Notes: generated from the letters alone by a model not told the origin. A DNA stretch of 58,374 bases from Lysobacteraceae bacterium (GCA_051952955.1 JBQCJG010000306.1:1-58374); one strand, 5' to 3'. Numbered from the stretch's first letter, positions 24,663-39,908 are shown. A program made the numbers and translations.

Positions 24663-25700
24663 TCACTGGCCATTGGCGAGGACGTTCGCGGCGGCGCCGA
24701 CGATCAGCGGATCCGCGGGCCGCGCGATGCGCGGGTCTTGCCCGGATAAGGCAGGGTGCTGAGGAAGTGGCGCATGCAGTCCAGGCGCGCCTGTTTCTTG
24801 TCGTCGGACTGATCACCCCCCCATGCGCGTCTGCGGTGTCGGTGTGGAAGGACATCGCCGTCTCGCCTCGGTGTACTCCGGCCACTTGTCCAGCGACTGC
24901 AGATCGATCGGCGCGAGCTTCCAGTGCTTGAGTGGATCGTTGCGCCGGGACTTGAAGCGCCGCAGCTGCTCCTCGCGGCTGACCGAGCACCGGAACTGTG
25001 CAGGCGCACGCCGCTGCGCACGAGCATGCGTTCGACGTCCGGCGCTTCGCGCAGGCATTCCAGGTATTCCGCGGGTGTGCAGAACCCCATCGCGCGTTCG
25101 ACGCCGGCGCGTTTGTATCCGCTGCGGTCGAAGAACACGAGTTCGCCGGTGGTCGGCAGGTGCTCGATGTCGCGCTGGAAGTACCACTGGCCGCGCTCCC
25201 GGTCGTTCGGTTTTTTGAGCGTCACGACGCGCACGCCGCGCGGATTGGGGTGCTCGGTGAAGCGCTTGATGGTCCCGCCCTTGCCGGCGGCATCGCGGCC
25301 CTCGAACAGGATGACATGCGCTGGCCGGTGTCCTTCACCAGCTCTGCACCTGAGCAGTTCGATCTGGAGCTTCTTCTTCTCCGCCGCGTCGTCGCGGCGG
25401 CGCTGGCGGGTGCGATAGGGCTAATCGGCCGGGAGCGGTGCGCTGGTGCTGTCCTCGTCGCCACGGAACCGCCGCCATCGCAGGGCGGCTTGGGTGGACA
25501 GCCCGGACTCAGGACCCGGCTCCACGATGGGTGCGGCATCGGGGAAGGTTCGGGCGATGCCGTGTCGACCGCGGAGGGCACCGGGTCAACGGCCGGTGGC
25601 GGGGTCGGCCCGGTCGCCGTGATCGCGAAACACGCCCGCGGGACGCAGCGGCAGGACGTGCAGCGGAAGTGCTCTTGCGACGCGGACGCATCGCGGTCAT
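24663..25700 (-). pseudogene. ppk2: Polyphosphate kinase 2, disrupted (several frameshifts and an in-frame stop)
   Basis: PPK2 segments spread over three frames: KLQIELL, VKDTGQR, ILFEGRDAAGKGGTIKRF, GQWYFQR, FDRS, DPLKHWKL, SDDKKQARL; TAG within D*PY. Confidence 0.85.
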
Positions 25701-25860
25701 GACGGCTCTTGTCGGCCGAGGGGACCCCGCGACGCCAGTCGCGGCCATCCCGGCATTGTCCGCCGGCGGCATCCGTGCGCTTGCCTCCGGTCAAGTTCGT
25801 GCATCGCATCCCGGGCCGGTCTTCGCGGCCCGGGGCGCCTGCCCCGCTCGGGCGGCGACC

Positions 25861-26820
25861 TCAGGCCGCTTCGTACGCGCCGTAGCCGCGCAGGCGGCGG
25901 TAGCGGCGGTCCAGCAGTTCGTCGACCGGCACCGCTTCCAGTGCGTCCAGTTCGTTGAGCAGCACGGCCTTGAGGCGCTTGGCCATCTGCACCGGGTTGC
26001 GGTGCGCGCCGCCGATGGGTTCACGCACGACCTTGTCGATCAGGCCCAGCGATTTCAGGCGCGGTGCGGTGATCGCCATGGCCTCGGCCGCCTCCTGCTT
26101 GCGCTCCGCGGTCTTCCACAGGATCGAGGCGCAGCCTTCGGGCGAGATCACCGAATACGTGCTGTATTCCAGCATCACCGTGCGGTCGCCGACGCCGATC
26201 GCCAGCGCGCCGCCGGAGCCGCCTTCACCGATCACGGTGCAGACGATCGGCACCTTCAGCTCGGCCATTTCCATCAGGTTGCGCGCGATGGCCTCGGACT
26301 GGCCGCGCTCCTCGGCGTCGATGCCCGGCCATGCGCCGGCGGTGTCGATGAAGGTGAGGACCGGCAGGCGGAAGCGCTCGGCCATCTTCATCAGCCGCAG
26401 CGCCTTGCGGTAACCCTCGGGGCGCGGCATGCCGAAGTTGCGGCGGACCTTGGCCTTGGTGTCGCGGCCCTTCTCGTGGCCGATCACCATCAGGCTGCGG
26501 CCGTCGATGCGGGCCAGGCCACCGACGATGGCGCAGTCGTTGGCGAAGGCGCGGTCGCCGGCCAGTTCCTGGAACTGGTCGCACATCACCCGCAGGTAAT
26601 CGAGCGTGTACGGCCGCGCGGGGTGACGCGCGAGCTGCGAGACCTGCCAGGCGCTGAGGTCGCGGAAGATCTGGGCGGTGCGCAGGCGCAGCTTGTTTTC
26701 CAGCGCGCGCACTTCGGCATCGATGTTCACCGCGGGACCGGTGCTGGCCTGCCGCAGTTCGCGGATGCGACCTTCCAGGTCGGCGATCGGCTGTTCGAAA
26801 TCGAGGTAGTTCGGATTCAT
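25861..26820 (-). CDS. accA: Acetyl-CoA carboxylase carboxyltransferase alpha
   Basis: [44 protein letters not shown]. Confidence 0.97.
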   Translation of the reverse strand: MNPNYLDFEQPIADLEGRIRELRQASTGPAVNIDAEVRALENKLRLRTAQIFRDLSAWQVSQLARHPARPYTLDYLRVMCDQFQELAGDRAFANDCAIVGGLARIDGRSLMVIGHEKGRDTKAKVRRNFGMPRPEGYRKALRLMKMAERFRLPVLTFIDTAGAWPGIDAEERGQSEAIARNLMEMAELKVPIVCTVIGEGGSGGALAIGVGDRTVMLEYSTYSVISPEGCASILWKTAERKQEAAEAMAITAPRLKSLGLIDKVVREPIGGAHRNPVQMAKRLKAVLLNELDALEAVPVDELLDRRYRRLRGYGAYEAA

Positions 26821-26911
26821 GCGAAGGGAGCGTTCCGTGGCTCGGGAACGGGCAGTCTAGCCGACGAACCCGCGAAACCGCCGTACCGCACGGTACGCCC
26901 GGGCGCCGGGC

Positions 26912-30472
<3,561 letters not shown>

Positions 30473-30602
30473 CGGCGGGCCGGCGGGCGCAGACCGGCAG
30501 GGTAGGGCCCGGGGGCGGTGCGGACAAGGCTTGACGGCCGGATTTCCTGCCGTCTCCGCGGCCCGTGCGATCATCCGCCGCCGTGTATCCGCCTGCCGTC
30601 CC

Positions 30603-31043
30603 GTGACCGCTTCCCCGATCCGCCTCACCGGCATCTGCCGCTTCTCGCCGCCGCTCGAGCCGCGCGGCGGTCGGCTGCGCCGCGACGGCGGCAGCACCGA
30701 GCACTGGCTCATCCTCGCCTGCGACCCGGAGCTGGGGCGCTACCGGCGCCACCTCTACCTGCTCGACGTCCGCCGCACCCGGTCGCTCGGCGACCCCCTG
30801 TGGGGGCCGCACGTGTGCGTCGTCCAGGGCGAGGTGCCGCCGCGGCCGGCGCCGTGGAAGGACCGCGAGGGCGCGGAGATGGCGTTCACCCTGCGCCATC
30901 CGCCGCAGGAGATCGGCGACTACGTGTTCTTCCCGGTCGATTGCGAGGTCGCGCTCGACTACCGCGAGGCGCTGGGCCTGCCGCGCGAACCGCGCCATTC
31001 GCTGCACCTGACGATCGGCAACCGCAAGCGCCCGTCGCGCTGA
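30603..31043 (+). CDS. Hypothetical protein, possible 2H phosphoesterase fold
   Basis: About 146 aa from GTG; paired His motifs PHVCV and LHLTIG; coding-like codon pattern. Confidence 0.55.
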   Translation: MTASPIRLTGICRFSPPLEPRGGRLRRDGGSTEHWLILACDPELGRYRRHLYLLDVRRTRSLGDPLWGPHVCVVQGEVPPRPAPWKDREGAEMAFTLRHPPQEIGDYVFFPVDCEVALDYREALGLPREPRHSLHLTIGNRKRPSR

Positions 31044-31083
31044 CGCCGGCACCGCGCGGGTGCCGGCGCCATGCCGCGCGCGA

Positions 31084-31458
31084 TCAGAGGATGATCGGTC
31101 CGCCGTTGCACTTGAACGTCCGCGAGCGCGAGGCCGAGCCCGAGGCGTTGGTCACCGTCACGGTGACGGTGAGGGTGCTGCCGATGCTGCACTGGCCGTA
31201 GAAATCGCTGTGGCCGGTGTCGTTGATGACGGTGCCGCCGCCGGACCAGCCGACCGTGGTCGTGCCGTCGGAGGTGTAGTCGATGAAGCAGTAGAAGCGG
31301 CCGCCGCCGTTGTCCAGCGGGCAGGCGAAGGTGGTGATGGTCGGGACGGCGGCATGCGCGGTCGCCGGCGCCAGCAGGCCTCCCGACACGGTGGCGGCGA
31401 GGGCGGCGGCGAGGCCGAGGCTGCGAAGCGGGTCGAAGCGCACGAAGGGCTGGTGCAT
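31084..31458 (-). CDS. Small secreted beta-rich protein of unknown function
   Basis: AGGAGGAG RBS, signal peptide ending AHA, four Cys, Thr/Val-rich strands. Confidence 0.7.
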   Translation of the reverse strand: MHQPFVRFDPLRSLGLAAALAATVSGGLLAPATAHAAVPTITTFACPLDNGGGRFYCFIDYTSDGTTTVGWSGGGTVINDTGHSDFYGQCSIGSTLTVTVTVTNASGSASRSRTFKCNGGPIIL

Positions 31459-31611
31459 GGTCTCCTCCTGAGGATTCCGTTGCGTCGGTGCGGCACCGCC
31501 GCGGGCGCCGCGGGCCGGTCGCGTTCCCGCGACCCAGGGAGCATGGCGGGTGCCCGTCTCGCGGACCGTGACCGCTTGCGCGTCGCCGATCGATGCCGCT
31601 GTCCGGGCCGT

Positions 31612-32271
31612 TCAGGCGCCGACGCGGGCCAGCGCCTCGCGCACCGGCGCGTAGCTGCGCCGGTGTTCCGGGCAGGGGCCGTGTTCGCGCAGCGCGGCCA
31701 GGTGCACGGAGCTGGGATAGCCCTTGTGCCGGTCGAAGCCGTAGGCCGGCCACTGCGCGTGCAGCTCGCGCATGCGCGCGTCGCGGGCGACCTTGGCGAG
31801 GATCGACGCGGCCATGATGGCCGGCTCGATCGCGTCGCCGCCGACCAGCGCCTCGGCCGCGCAGGGCAGCGCCTTCGGCAGGCGGTTGCCGTCGATCCGC
31901 GCCAGGTCCGCGACCGGCGACAGCGCCGACAGCGCGCGGTGCATGCCGAGCAGGGTCGCCTGCAGGATGTTGAGGCGGTCGATCTCCTCGCGCTCCACGA
32001 ACTCGATCCGCCACGCCAGCGCGCGCTCGCGGATCAGCGGGAACAGCGCCTCGCGCGCCGCTCCGGACAATTGCTTGGAGTCGTTCAGGCCGTCGATCGG
32101 GCGGTCGGGATCGAGGATCACCGCCGCCACCGTCACCGGTCCGGCCAGCGGGCCGCGACCGGCCTCGTCGACACCGGCGATGCGCAGCGGCCGCATCCGG
32201 GCGAGGACGGCCAGCGGATCCTCGAACAGGCCGTCCGTGTCCGCGGCGGGCGTGGCGCGGCGCCGGGTCAC
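31612..32271 (-). CDS. rnhB: Ribonuclease HII
   Basis: [37 protein letters not shown]; GTG start overlaps lpxB stop. Confidence 0.95.
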   Translation of the reverse strand: MTRRRATPAADTDGLFEDPLAVLARMRPLRIAGVDEAGRGPLAGPVTVAAVILDPDRPIDGLNDSKQLSGAAREALFPLIRERALAWRIEFVEREEIDRLNILQATLLGMHRALSALSPVADLARIDGNRLPKALPCAAEALVGGDAIEPAIMAASILAKVARDARMRELHAQWPAYGFDRHKGYPSSVHLAALREHGPCPEHRRSYAPVREALARVGA

Positions 32272-33434
32272 GGTGTCGGCGTGCCGGTCGCCGGCATCGC
32301 GGCGAGTTCGGCCACGACGTCGGCGGCGCGCGCCGAGGCGTCGCGGCGCAGGGATTCGTGCAGTTCGACGAACCGCGGCAGCAGCGCCTCCACCGCCTGC
32401 GGCTGGCCCAGCCAGCGCAGGCAGGACGCGGCCAGCTTCTCGGGCACGCAGTCGTCCTGCAGCAGTTCGGGGATCAGCGGCGCGTCGGCCAGCACGTTCG
32501 GCAGGCTGACGTAGCGGGTCTTCAGCAGCCCGAGCTTCGTGACGATGCGATAGGTCGTGGGCGAGATACGGTGCCCGACCACCATCGGCCGCTTGCACAG
32601 CATCGCCTCCAGCGCCGCGGTGCCCGAGGCCAGCAGCACCAGGTCGGACGCGATCATCGCCCGCTGCGCGTCGCCGTCGAGCACGCGCACCCGCGCGGCG
32701 ACGCCGGGTTTCGTCGCCAGCTGCGCGCGGATCGCGTGTTCGCAGGCGTCGTTCGCGGCGGGCAGCACGATGCGCAGCGCCGGCACGCGCCGGGCGACGA
32801 GATCGACCGCATCGAGGAACACCGGCAGCATCTTCGCGATCTCGCCCAGCCGGCTGCCGGGCAGCAACGCCATCACCGGCACGTTCGGCTCCAGCCCCAG
32901 CGCGGCGCGCGCGGCGGCGCGATCGGGCTGCAGCGGGATCGCGTCGGCCAGCGGGTGGCCGACGAAGCGCGCGTCGACGCCGTGCTTCGCGTAGATCGGC
33001 GGCTCCATCGGGAACAGGCACAGCACGCGATCGGCGCTGCGGCCGATCTTCGCCGCGCGGCCCTCGCGCCACGCCCACACCGACGGGCTGACGTAGTGCA
33101 CGGTGCGCACGCCGCGGCGTTTCAGCCATTTCTCGACGCCGAGGTTGAAGTCGGGCGCATCGATGCCGACGAAGACGTCCGGCTTCCACGCCAGCACGCG
33201 CCTGCGCAGGTCCGCGCGCAGGCGCAGCAGCCGCGGCAGGTGCGACAGCACTTCCGCGAGGCCCATCACCGCCAGGGCCTGGCTGTCGTGCCACGCCTCG
33301 AAGCCCGCGGCGCGCATCGCCGGGCCGCCGATGCCGGCGAATTCGGCCTCGGGGAACCGCGCCTTCAGTTCGGCGATGAGGCCGGCGCCGAGCTGGTCGC
33401 CCGATGCCTCGCCCGCGACGAGCGCGATGCGCAT
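32268..33434 (-). CDS. lpxB: Lipid-A-disaccharide synthase
   Basis: [35 protein letters not shown]. Confidence 0.96.
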   Translation of the reverse strand: MRIALVAGEASGDQLGAGLIAELKARFPEAEFAGIGGPAMRAAGFEAWHDSQALAVMGLAEVLSHLPRLLRLRADLRRRVLAWKPDVFVGIDAPDFNLGVEKWLKRRGVRTVHYVSPSVWAWREGRAAKIGRSADRVLCLFPMEPPIYAKHGVDARFVGHPLADAIPLQPDRAAARAALGLEPNVPVMALLPGSRLGEIAKMLPVFLDAVDLVARRVPALRIVLPAANDACEHAIRAQLATKPGVAARVRVLDGDAQRAMIASDLVLLASGTAALEAMLCKRPMVVGHRISPTTYRIVTKLGLLKTRYVSLPNVLADAPLIPELLQDDCVPEKLAASCLRWLGQPQAVEALLPRFVELHESLRRDASARAADVVAELAAMPATGTPTP

Positions 33435-33447
33435 GATCGTCGCAGTC

Positions 33448-34233
33448 TCAGCGCAACAGCGGCCGTTCGCCGCGTTCGATGAACGCGAGGAACGCACGCA
33501 CGTCGTCGCTCTCGGTCGCGATCTCCGCCAGCTGGCGCTTGGCGTCTTCCAGCGGCGCGCCGGAAACGTACAGCGCGCGGTAGGCGCGCTTGATCGCGGC
33601 CACGCGCGCGGCGTCGAAGCCGCGGCGCTTCAGGCCTTCGCTGTTGATGCCGCGCGGGCGTCCGTAACCTTCCTGCGCGACCATCAGGAACGGCGGCACG
33701 TCGCCGTTGACCAGCGCGCCCATCCCGATGAACGCGTGGTCGCCGATCCGGCAGAACTGGTGCACGCCGGCGAAACCGCTGAGGATCACCTGGTCGCCCA
33801 CTTCGACGTGGCCGGCCAGCGTTGCGTTGTTCGAGAACACGCAGTCGTCGCCGACCCGGCAGTCGTGCGCGACGTGGGTGTAGGCGAGGAACCAGTTGCG
33901 GTGGCCGATGCGGGTGATGCCGCCGCCGCCGCCGGTGCCGCGGTGGATGGTGACGAACTCGCGGACGACGTTGCCGTCGCCGATCACCAGTTCGGTGCGC
34001 TCGCCGGCGTACTTCTTGTCCTGCGGATCGCCGCCGATCGCGGCGTGGCCGTGGAAGCGGTTGTCGCGGCCGATGCGGGTCGGGCCGATGATGCTGCAAT
34101 GCGGGCCGACGTGGGTGCCGTCGCCGATCTCGACGTCGGCGCCGATCGTCGCGAACGGCGCCACGACGACGCCGTCGCCGAGCTTCGCGGACGGATCGAC
34201 GTGCGCCAGCGGGCTGATCGAGGCTGCGCTCAT
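33448..34233 (-). CDS. lpxA: UDP-N-acetylglucosamine acyltransferase
   Basis: Hexapeptide repeats, [20 protein letters not shown]. Confidence 0.96.
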   Translation of the reverse strand: MSAASISPLAHVDPSAKLGDGVVVAPFATIGADVEIGDGTHVGPHCSIIGPTRIGRDNRFHGHAAIGGDPQDKKYAGERTELVIGDGNVVREFVTIHRGTGGGGGITRIGHRNWFLAYTHVAHDCRVGDDCVFSNNATLAGHVEVGDQVILSGFAGVHQFCRIGDHAFIGMGALVNGDVPPFLMVAQEGYGRPRGINSEGLKRRGFDAARVAAIKRAYRALYVSGAPLEDAKRQLAEIATESDDVRAFLAFIERGERPLLR

Positions 34234-34240
34234 GCCCGCC

Positions 34241-34723
34241 TCAGTCCCGCGCTTCCGCGCAGAGGATGTCGGCGCAGGCCGCTTCCTCGCCGTCGACGCG
34301 GGCCACGCCCGAATACAGCGCCATGTTGCGGATGCGGCGCTTGATCGACACGTCCAGTTCCAGCCGGTCGCCGGGCACGATCATGCGGCTGAAGCGCGCG
34401 TTCTCCACCTTCACCAGGTAGAAGAGCTTGTCTTCGACGTGCACGCCGTTCATGCGGCTGGTGAGCTGGTACAGCACGCCGCCGGCCTGCGCCAGCGCCT
34501 CCACCACCAGCACGCCGGGCATCACCGGGCGGCTGGGGAAATGGCCCTGGAAGAACGGCTCGTTGATGGTGAGGTTCTTGAACGCCAGGATGCGCGCGCC
34601 GGCCTCGAACTCGACCACGCGGTCGATCAGCAGGAACGGGTAGCGGTGCGGCAGCAGCGACTGGATTTCGGTCGCGCCGAGCGGCAGCCGGGGGGGCGAG
34701 GCAGGGATCTCGGTCGAGCTCAT
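34241..34723 (-). CDS. fabZ: 3-hydroxyacyl-ACP dehydratase
   Basis: [32 protein letters not shown]. Confidence 0.96.
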   Translation of the reverse strand: MSSTEIPASPPRLPLGATEIQSLLPHRYPFLLIDRVVEFEAGARILAFKNLTINEPFFQGHFPSRPVMPGVLVVEALAQAGGVLYQLTSRMNGVHVEDKLFYLVKVENARFSRMIVPGDRLELDVSIKRRIRNMALYSGVARVDGEEAACADILCAEARD

Positions 34724-35745
34724 CGGGGTTCCTGGTTGCGCCCGCCGACCTGCCGCGCCAGGGCGTCGAGCTGTTTGAAGCGGGCGGCGCTCTTGCGCCA
34801 GCTGCGGTTGTCCATCAGCGGCGTGCCCGACGAATACTCGCCGGGTTCGCGGATGGCGCTGGTGACCAGGCTCATCGCCGTGACCACGACGCGATCGCAG
34901 ACTTCGAGGTGGCCAAGGATACCCGCGCCGCCGCCGATCAGGCAGTAGCGGCCGATCGTGGCGCTGCCGGCCACCGCGGAACAGCCGGCCATCGCGGTGT
35001 GCGCGCCGATGCGCACGTTGTGGCCGATCTGGATCTGGTTGTCGAGGCGCACGTCCTCCTCGAGCACGGTGTCGTCCAGCGCGCCGCGGTCGATGGTGGT
35101 GTTCGCGCCGATCTCGCCGTCGTCGCCGACGACCACGCCGCCGAGCTGCGGCACCTTCAGCCAGCGCCCGTGCTCCATCGCCAGGCCGAAGCCGTCGGCG
35201 CCGAGCACCGCGCCGGGATGCACCAGCACGCGCTTGCCCAACCGCACCCGGCGCACCAGCACGACCCGGGCGACCAGCTCGCAGCCTGCGCCGACCACGC
35301 AGTCCTCGCCGATGACGCAGCCGGGGCCGATCGTGGCGCCGGCCTCCACCCGCGAGTTCGGACCGATGCTGACGAACGGGCCGACATGGGCCTCGGGCGA
35401 GACGGTCGCGGTCGGATCGATCGCGGCGGACGGATGGATGCCCGGCGCCAGCGCCGGGCGGTGGTCGAACAGCGCCGAGATCTTCGCGAACGCGGCGTAG
35501 GGGTCCTTCGCGACCAAGGCGGTGCCGGTGTGGTCGGCGGCGTCGTCCTCGCGCATCACCACCGCGCCCGCGGCGCTGGCGGCGAGCTGGCTGCGGTAGC
35601 GCAGGTTGGCGAGGAAGGCGACCTGCGTCGCGCCAGCGCGGGCGAGGGTGGCGACGCCGTCGATCGGGCGGTCCGCGTCGCCGCGCACCGCCAGACCGAA
35701 GCGTTCGGCGAGGCTGGCGACGGTGAAGGTGGGAGGCGTGGGCAC
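34720..35745 (-). CDS. lpxD: UDP-3-O-acylglucosamine N-acyltransferase
   Basis: Hexapeptide repeats, GADGFG, KVPQLG, LDNQIQIGHNV; GTG start inferred. Confidence 0.94.
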   Translation of the reverse strand: MPTPPTFTVASLAERFGLAVRGDADRPIDGVATLARAGATQVAFLANLRYRSQLAASAAGAVVMREDDAADHTGTALVAKDPYAAFAKISALFDHRPALAPGIHPSAAIDPTATVSPEAHVGPFVSIGPNSRVEAGATIGPGCVIGEDCVVGAGCELVARVVLVRRVRLGKRVLVHPGAVLGADGFGLAMEHGRWLKVPQLGGVVVGDDGEIGANTTIDRGALDDTVLEEDVRLDNQIQIGHNVRIGAHTAMAGCSAVAGSATIGRYCLIGGGAGILGHLEVCDRVVVTAMSLVTSAIREPGEYSSGTPLMDNRSWRKSAARFKQLDALARQVGGRNQEPR

Positions 35746-35857
35746 GGGCGACCTCGGCGGGGCGAAGCCGGGATTATAGGAGCCCCGCGCCGCGGACCGC
35801 CGGATTCGGGACGGTTTCGTACATTCCCGCTTTGACGTCACGCTACGGCCAGGCCGC

Positions 35858-35898
35858 AAAAACGCGAAGGCCCCGGCGATGCGGTGCCGGGGCCTTCG
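35858..35898 (-). terminator. Intrinsic terminator after bamA
   Basis: 13-bp stem CGAAGGCCCCGGC/GCCGGGGCCTTCG followed closely by T5 on the minus strand. Confidence 0.75.
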
Positions 35899-35933
35899 GG
35901 GAAGCGAGGTGCTGGATCAGCGGGTGGCCGCGA

Positions 35934-38399
35934 TCAGAACGCGCCGCCGAAGGTGAACTGCAGGCGTTCCAGCTCGTCGTCCGGCTGGTCGCGGAACGGG
36001 AAGGCGTAGCTGATCGAGATCGGGCCGACCGGCGCGCGCCACAGCAGGGCCACGCCCGCGGAGCCGCGCAGTTCGGACGAATCGAAGCTCTTCCAGTCCT
36101 TGAACACGTTGCCGACGTCGACGAACGCCGAGACGCGCGCCGCCGGGGTGTCGAGCAGGGTCGGGAAGAACATTTCCAGCGAGCCGACGGTCTTCACCGC
36201 GCCGCCGATCGGCTGGCGCAGGCTGCTGTTGGCCGCGAAGTCGACCGGGCCGAGGGTGTTGTCGCGGTAGCCGCGCACCGAACGCACGCCGCCGGCGTAG
36301 AAGTTCTCGAAGAAGGGCAGGCCGGTGGCGACGAGCTCGCGCTCGAAGGTGCTGCCCGGGCCGCAGGCGGAGTCGTTCAGCGTCGCCTTCGGGATGCGCG
36401 GTCCGCCGCCCTGCAGGGTACAGGTGATGCGGGTCGTGTCGCCGCCGTAGCTGTCGCCGTAGCCGAGCTGGAAGCGGGTGTTGAGCACCAGCGCGCGGTT
36501 GAGCGGCCAGTACTTCGAGAACTCGTAGTTGAGCTTGTAGTACTCCGCGGTCGAACCGGGCAGGGTGATTTCCGCCGACAGGCGCTGGTAGGTGCCGTAG
36601 GTCGGGGTGAAGAAGTCGTTGCGGGTGTCGCGCGCCCAGCCCAGCTCCGTGCGCCAGGCGTGGAACGTGCTCTTGTCGTAGGCGTCGATGTAGTCGACCA
36701 CCGACTGCGGCGACGAGCCCGGGTAGGCGAGGATCTGGTTGCGGTCCAGGCCGAACACCACCGAGATGCTGTCGTTCTCGGTCAGCGGGATGCCCAGCAC
36801 GGCCTGGCCGGCGGCGCTGGTGGTCGAGTACTGCGCGGTGTTGAAGTCGGAGTTGTCGAACTCGCGCCACCACACGTTGTAGCCCAGCGACATGCCTTCG
36901 TCGGTGAAGTACGGGTTGAGGAACGAGAACGAATAGCGCTGCAGGTAGCTGTTGCGCTGCACTTCGGCGCTGATCTGGTTGCCGGTGCCGAGGAAGTTGT
37001 TCTTCGTCAGCTGCAGCGTGGTGGTCAGGCCCGACAGCTGCGAGTAGCCGAAGCCGAAGGTGAAGCTGCCCGAGGTGGTTTCCTTGACGCTGAAGACCAC
37101 GTCGACCTGGTCGTTGGTGCCCGGCACCGGCTTGGTCTCGACCGCGACCGAACCGCTCTCGAAGAAGCCCAGGCGCTGCAGGCGCACCTTCGAGCGGTCG
37201 ATCGCGGCCTGCGAGTACCACGAGCCCTCGAACTGGCGCATCTCGCGGCGCAGCACTTCGTCGGTGGTGCGCGTGTTGCCCTTGAAGGTGATCTGCCGGA
37301 CCATCACGCGCGGCCCGGGCACGACCTGCAGGTTGATGCCGACAGTGCGCTTCTCGCGGTCGATGTTCGGGATCGGGTTCACCTCGGCGAAGGCGTAGCC
37401 GATGTTGCCCAGCGAATTGGTGATCGCGTCGGACGTGAGTTCCAGCAGCGCGCGCGAGAAGGTCTGGCCCTTCTTCAGGAACACGTAGCGCTGGATCTGC
37501 TCCTGCGACAGCACGGTATCGCCGGTGATCTTCACGTCGTCGATGGTGTACTGCTCGCCCTCGGTGAGGGTGGCGGTGACGAACATGTCGCGCTTGTCGG
37601 GGCTGATCGCGACCTGGGTGCTGTCGACGCTGAAGTCGACGTAGCCGCGGTCGAGGTAGAACTCGTTGAGCTTCTCGAGGTCGCCGGTGAGCTTCTCGCG
37701 CGAATACTGGTCGTCGCGGCGGTACCAGCTCAGCCAGTTGCTCTCGTTCGACTCCCAGCCGTCGCGGAGCGTCTCTTCCTCGAACTTGTCGTTGCCGATC
37801 AGGTTGATGTGGCGGATCTTCGCCGCCTTGCCCTCGTTGACGTTGATGGTGACGTCGACGCGGTTGCGGTCGAGGCGGGTGATGGTCGGGGTGATCTGGA
37901 CGTTGTACTTGCCGCGGTTGTTGTAGGCGCGGTTGAGTTCGAGGGTGACGCGGTCCAGCGCGAGCCGGTCGTAGGTCTCGCCCTCGGCGATGCCGATCTC
38001 CTTGAGATTGGTCATCAGGTCTTCGGTCTTGATGTCCTTGTTGCCGGACAGCGTCAGCGTGTTGATCGCCGGGCGTTCGGTGACGTTGACGACCAGGATG
38101 CTGCCTTCGCGATCGAAGCGGATGTCCTCGAAGAAGCCGGTCTTGTACAGCGCGCGCATGGCCTCGGCGATGCGGGTCGAATCGACGGTGTCGCCGCGCT
38201 CGATCGGGAGGTAGGTGAAGACGGTGCCGGCGCCGATGCGCTGCAGGCCGTCGACGCGGATGTCGGAGACGGTGAAGCTGGAGGCGGTGGCCGGGGACGC
38301 GGTCTGCGCCTGGGTCGGCGCGGCGTGGAGCGAGGCCAGGCTCGTGGCGAGGGCGAGTGCGAGCAGGCGGCGATGGGGCGTGCGCGTCATCAAGGACAT
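35934..38399 (-). CDS. bamA: Outer membrane protein assembly factor BamA
   Basis: POTRA domains (IRVDGLQRI, LYKTGFF), VRGY motif, C-terminal F. Confidence 0.96.
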   Translation of the reverse strand: MSLMTRTPHRRLLALALATSLASLHAAPTQAQTASPATASSFTVSDIRVDGLQRIGAGTVFTYLPIERGDTVDSTRIAEAMRALYKTGFFEDIRFDREGSILVVNVTERPAINTLTLSGNKDIKTEDLMTNLKEIGIAEGETYDRLALDRVTLELNRAYNNRGKYNVQITPTITRLDRNRVDVTINVNEGKAAKIRHINLIGNDKFEEETLRDGWESNESNWLSWYRRDDQYSREKLTGDLEKLNEFYLDRGYVDFSVDSTQVAISPDKRDMFVTATLTEGEQYTIDDVKITGDTVLSQEQIQRYVFLKKGQTFSRALLELTSDAITNSLGNIGYAFAEVNPIPNIDREKRTVGINLQVVPGPRVMVRQITFKGNTRTTDEVLRREMRQFEGSWYSQAAIDRSKVRLQRLGFFESGSVAVETKPVPGTNDQVDVVFSVKETTSGSFTFGFGYSQLSGLTTTLQLTKNNFLGTGNQISAEVQRNSYLQRYSFSFLNPYFTDEGMSLGYNVWWREFDNSDFNTAQYSTTSAAGQAVLGIPLTENDSISVVFGLDRNQILAYPGSSPQSVVDYIDAYDKSTFHAWRTELGWARDTRNDFFTPTYGTYQRLSAEITLPGSTAEYYKLNYEFSKYWPLNRALVLNTRFQLGYGDSYGGDTTRITCTLQGGGPRIPKATLNDSACGPGSTFERELVATGLPFFENFYAGGVRSVRGYRDNTLGPVDFAANSSLRQPIGGAVKTVGSLEMFFPTLLDTPAARVSAFVDVGNVFKDWKSFDSSELRGSAGVALLWRAPVGPISISYAFPFRDQPDDELERLQFTFGGAF

Positions 38400-38525
38400 C
38401 CGGTGAATGGGTACGGTGGAGCGGTGGCGGAAGATGGAGCGAAGCGGAGCGGTGGCCGGTCCCGGGCCGTCAGCTCGCCGGCCCGGCGTCGAGCGACGGC
38501 CGGCGGCGGTCCGGATTGGCGGATG

Positions 38526-39908
38526 TCATCGAATCAGCCCCTGAAGGTCGTTGTAGAACGCCAGGCCCATGAGTCCCAACAGCAGGGCGAGCCCCACATA
38601 TTGACCGGCGGCCATGGCACGTTCGCTTAACGGTCCGCCCTTGAGCAACTCGATAAGGTAATACAGCAGGTGCCCGCCATCCAAGACCGGAACCGGCAGG
38701 AGGTTGAGCACGCCGAGGCTCAGGCTGAGCAGCGCGAGCAGGCTCAGGTACCACGCCAGCCCGTTCTTGGCGTACGCATTGGCGGCCCGGGCGATGCCGA
38801 TCGGCCCGGAAATCGTGTTCTGGACCGCCAGCCGGCCGTCGAAGGCCCGCTTGAACATGCCGAAGAGTTCGCCGATCTGGAACTTCGTCTCGCGCAAGGC
38901 AGCCGGGACGGCCTCGAGCGGGCCGTAGCGCAGCAGCGCGTCCTTCGGGGCCTTGGCGACGTCCCGGGCCGCGCCGATGCCCAGTTGCCAGGCTTCGCCG
39001 CCGCCGGCGTCCTTCGGGCGGACGCCCCAGCGGGGCGCGAGGGTCACGGTGCGGCGGGCCCCGTCGCGTTCGATCTCGACCGGACCGCCCCCGGCCTCGC
39101 CCAGCCGGGCGACGAGCGGGGGCAGGTCGGCCCACAGCGCCACCGGCGTGCCGTCGACGGCGACGATGCGGTCGCCCGGCTTCAGCACGCCGTCGGCGGC
39201 GCCGCCCGCTGCGACCGAATCGACCAGCGGCACCTGCATCTCGTGCCGCGGCAGGATGCCGATGTGGCGGGCGGCGACGTTGAGGTCGTTGCCGGCCGGG
39301 AGCGTCGAGAAATCGAGGGTGCGGACGGCGGTCGCGCCGCCGGCCGTGCGGATCTTCACCGGCGTGGGGCCGCGGTCGATGGCGGCGGGCAGCAGCGCCA
39401 TGCTGGCCTCGGTCCAGGTCGGCGTCTCGCGGTCGCCGATCGCCAGCAGAGTGTCGCCGCGCTTGAGGCCGGCGGCCGCGGCGACGCCGTCGACCTGGCC
39501 GACCACCGGGGCGTAGTCCGGGCGGCCGATCACGAACATCAGCCACAGCAGGGCGACGCAGAGCACGAGGTTGGCGAACGGGCCGGCGACGCTGATCAGC
39601 ATGCGCTGGCCGACCGGCTTGTGGTCGTGCGACTGGCTGCGCTCGTCCTCGGACACCGGGGTCTTGCGGTCGACGAGGTCGTGCTCGCCCAGCATGCGCA
39701 CGTAACCGCCCAGCGGGATCGCGGCGATGGCCCATTCGGTGCCGTGTCGGTCCTTGCGCATCCACAGCGGCTTGCCGAAGCCGACCGAGAACCGCAGCAC
39801 CTTCACCCCGCACCAGCGGGCGGCGAGATAGTGGCCGAGTTCATGGATGGTGACGAGCACGCCGAGGGCGACGATCAGCCACCAGGCAGAGCCGAAAAAG
39901 TCGTTCAT
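38526..39908 (-). CDS. rseP: RIP metalloprotease RseP
   Basis: HELGH, FSVGFG, PDZ domains, [11 protein letters not shown]. Confidence 0.95.
   Translation of the reverse strand: MNDFFGSAWWLIVALGVLVTIHELGHYLAARWCGVKVLRFSVGFGKPLWMRKDRHGTEWAIAAIPLGGYVRMLGEHDLVDRKTPVSEDERSQSHDHKPVGQRMLISVAGPFANLVLCVALLWLMFVIGRPDYAPVVGQVDGVAAAAGLKRGDTLLAIGDRETPTWTEASMALLPAAIDRGPTPVKIRTAGGATAVRTLDFSTLPAGNDLNVAARHIGILPRHEMQVPLVDSVAAGGAADGVLKPGDRIVAVDGTPVALWADLPPLVARLGEAGGGPVEIERDGARRTVTLAPRWGVRPKDAGGGEAWQLGIGAARDVAKAPKDALLRYGPLEAVPAALRETKFQIGELFGMFKRAFDGRLAVQNTISGPIGIARAANAYAKNGLAWYLSLLALLSLSLGVLNLLPVPVLDGGHLLYYLIELLKGGPLSERAMAAGQYVGLALLLGLMGLAFYNDLQGLIR

Noticed and set aside
35746-35933. Missing skp between bamA and lpxD
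   Set aside because: I recall this absence being common in Xanthomonadaceae; no remnant visible, only a terminator
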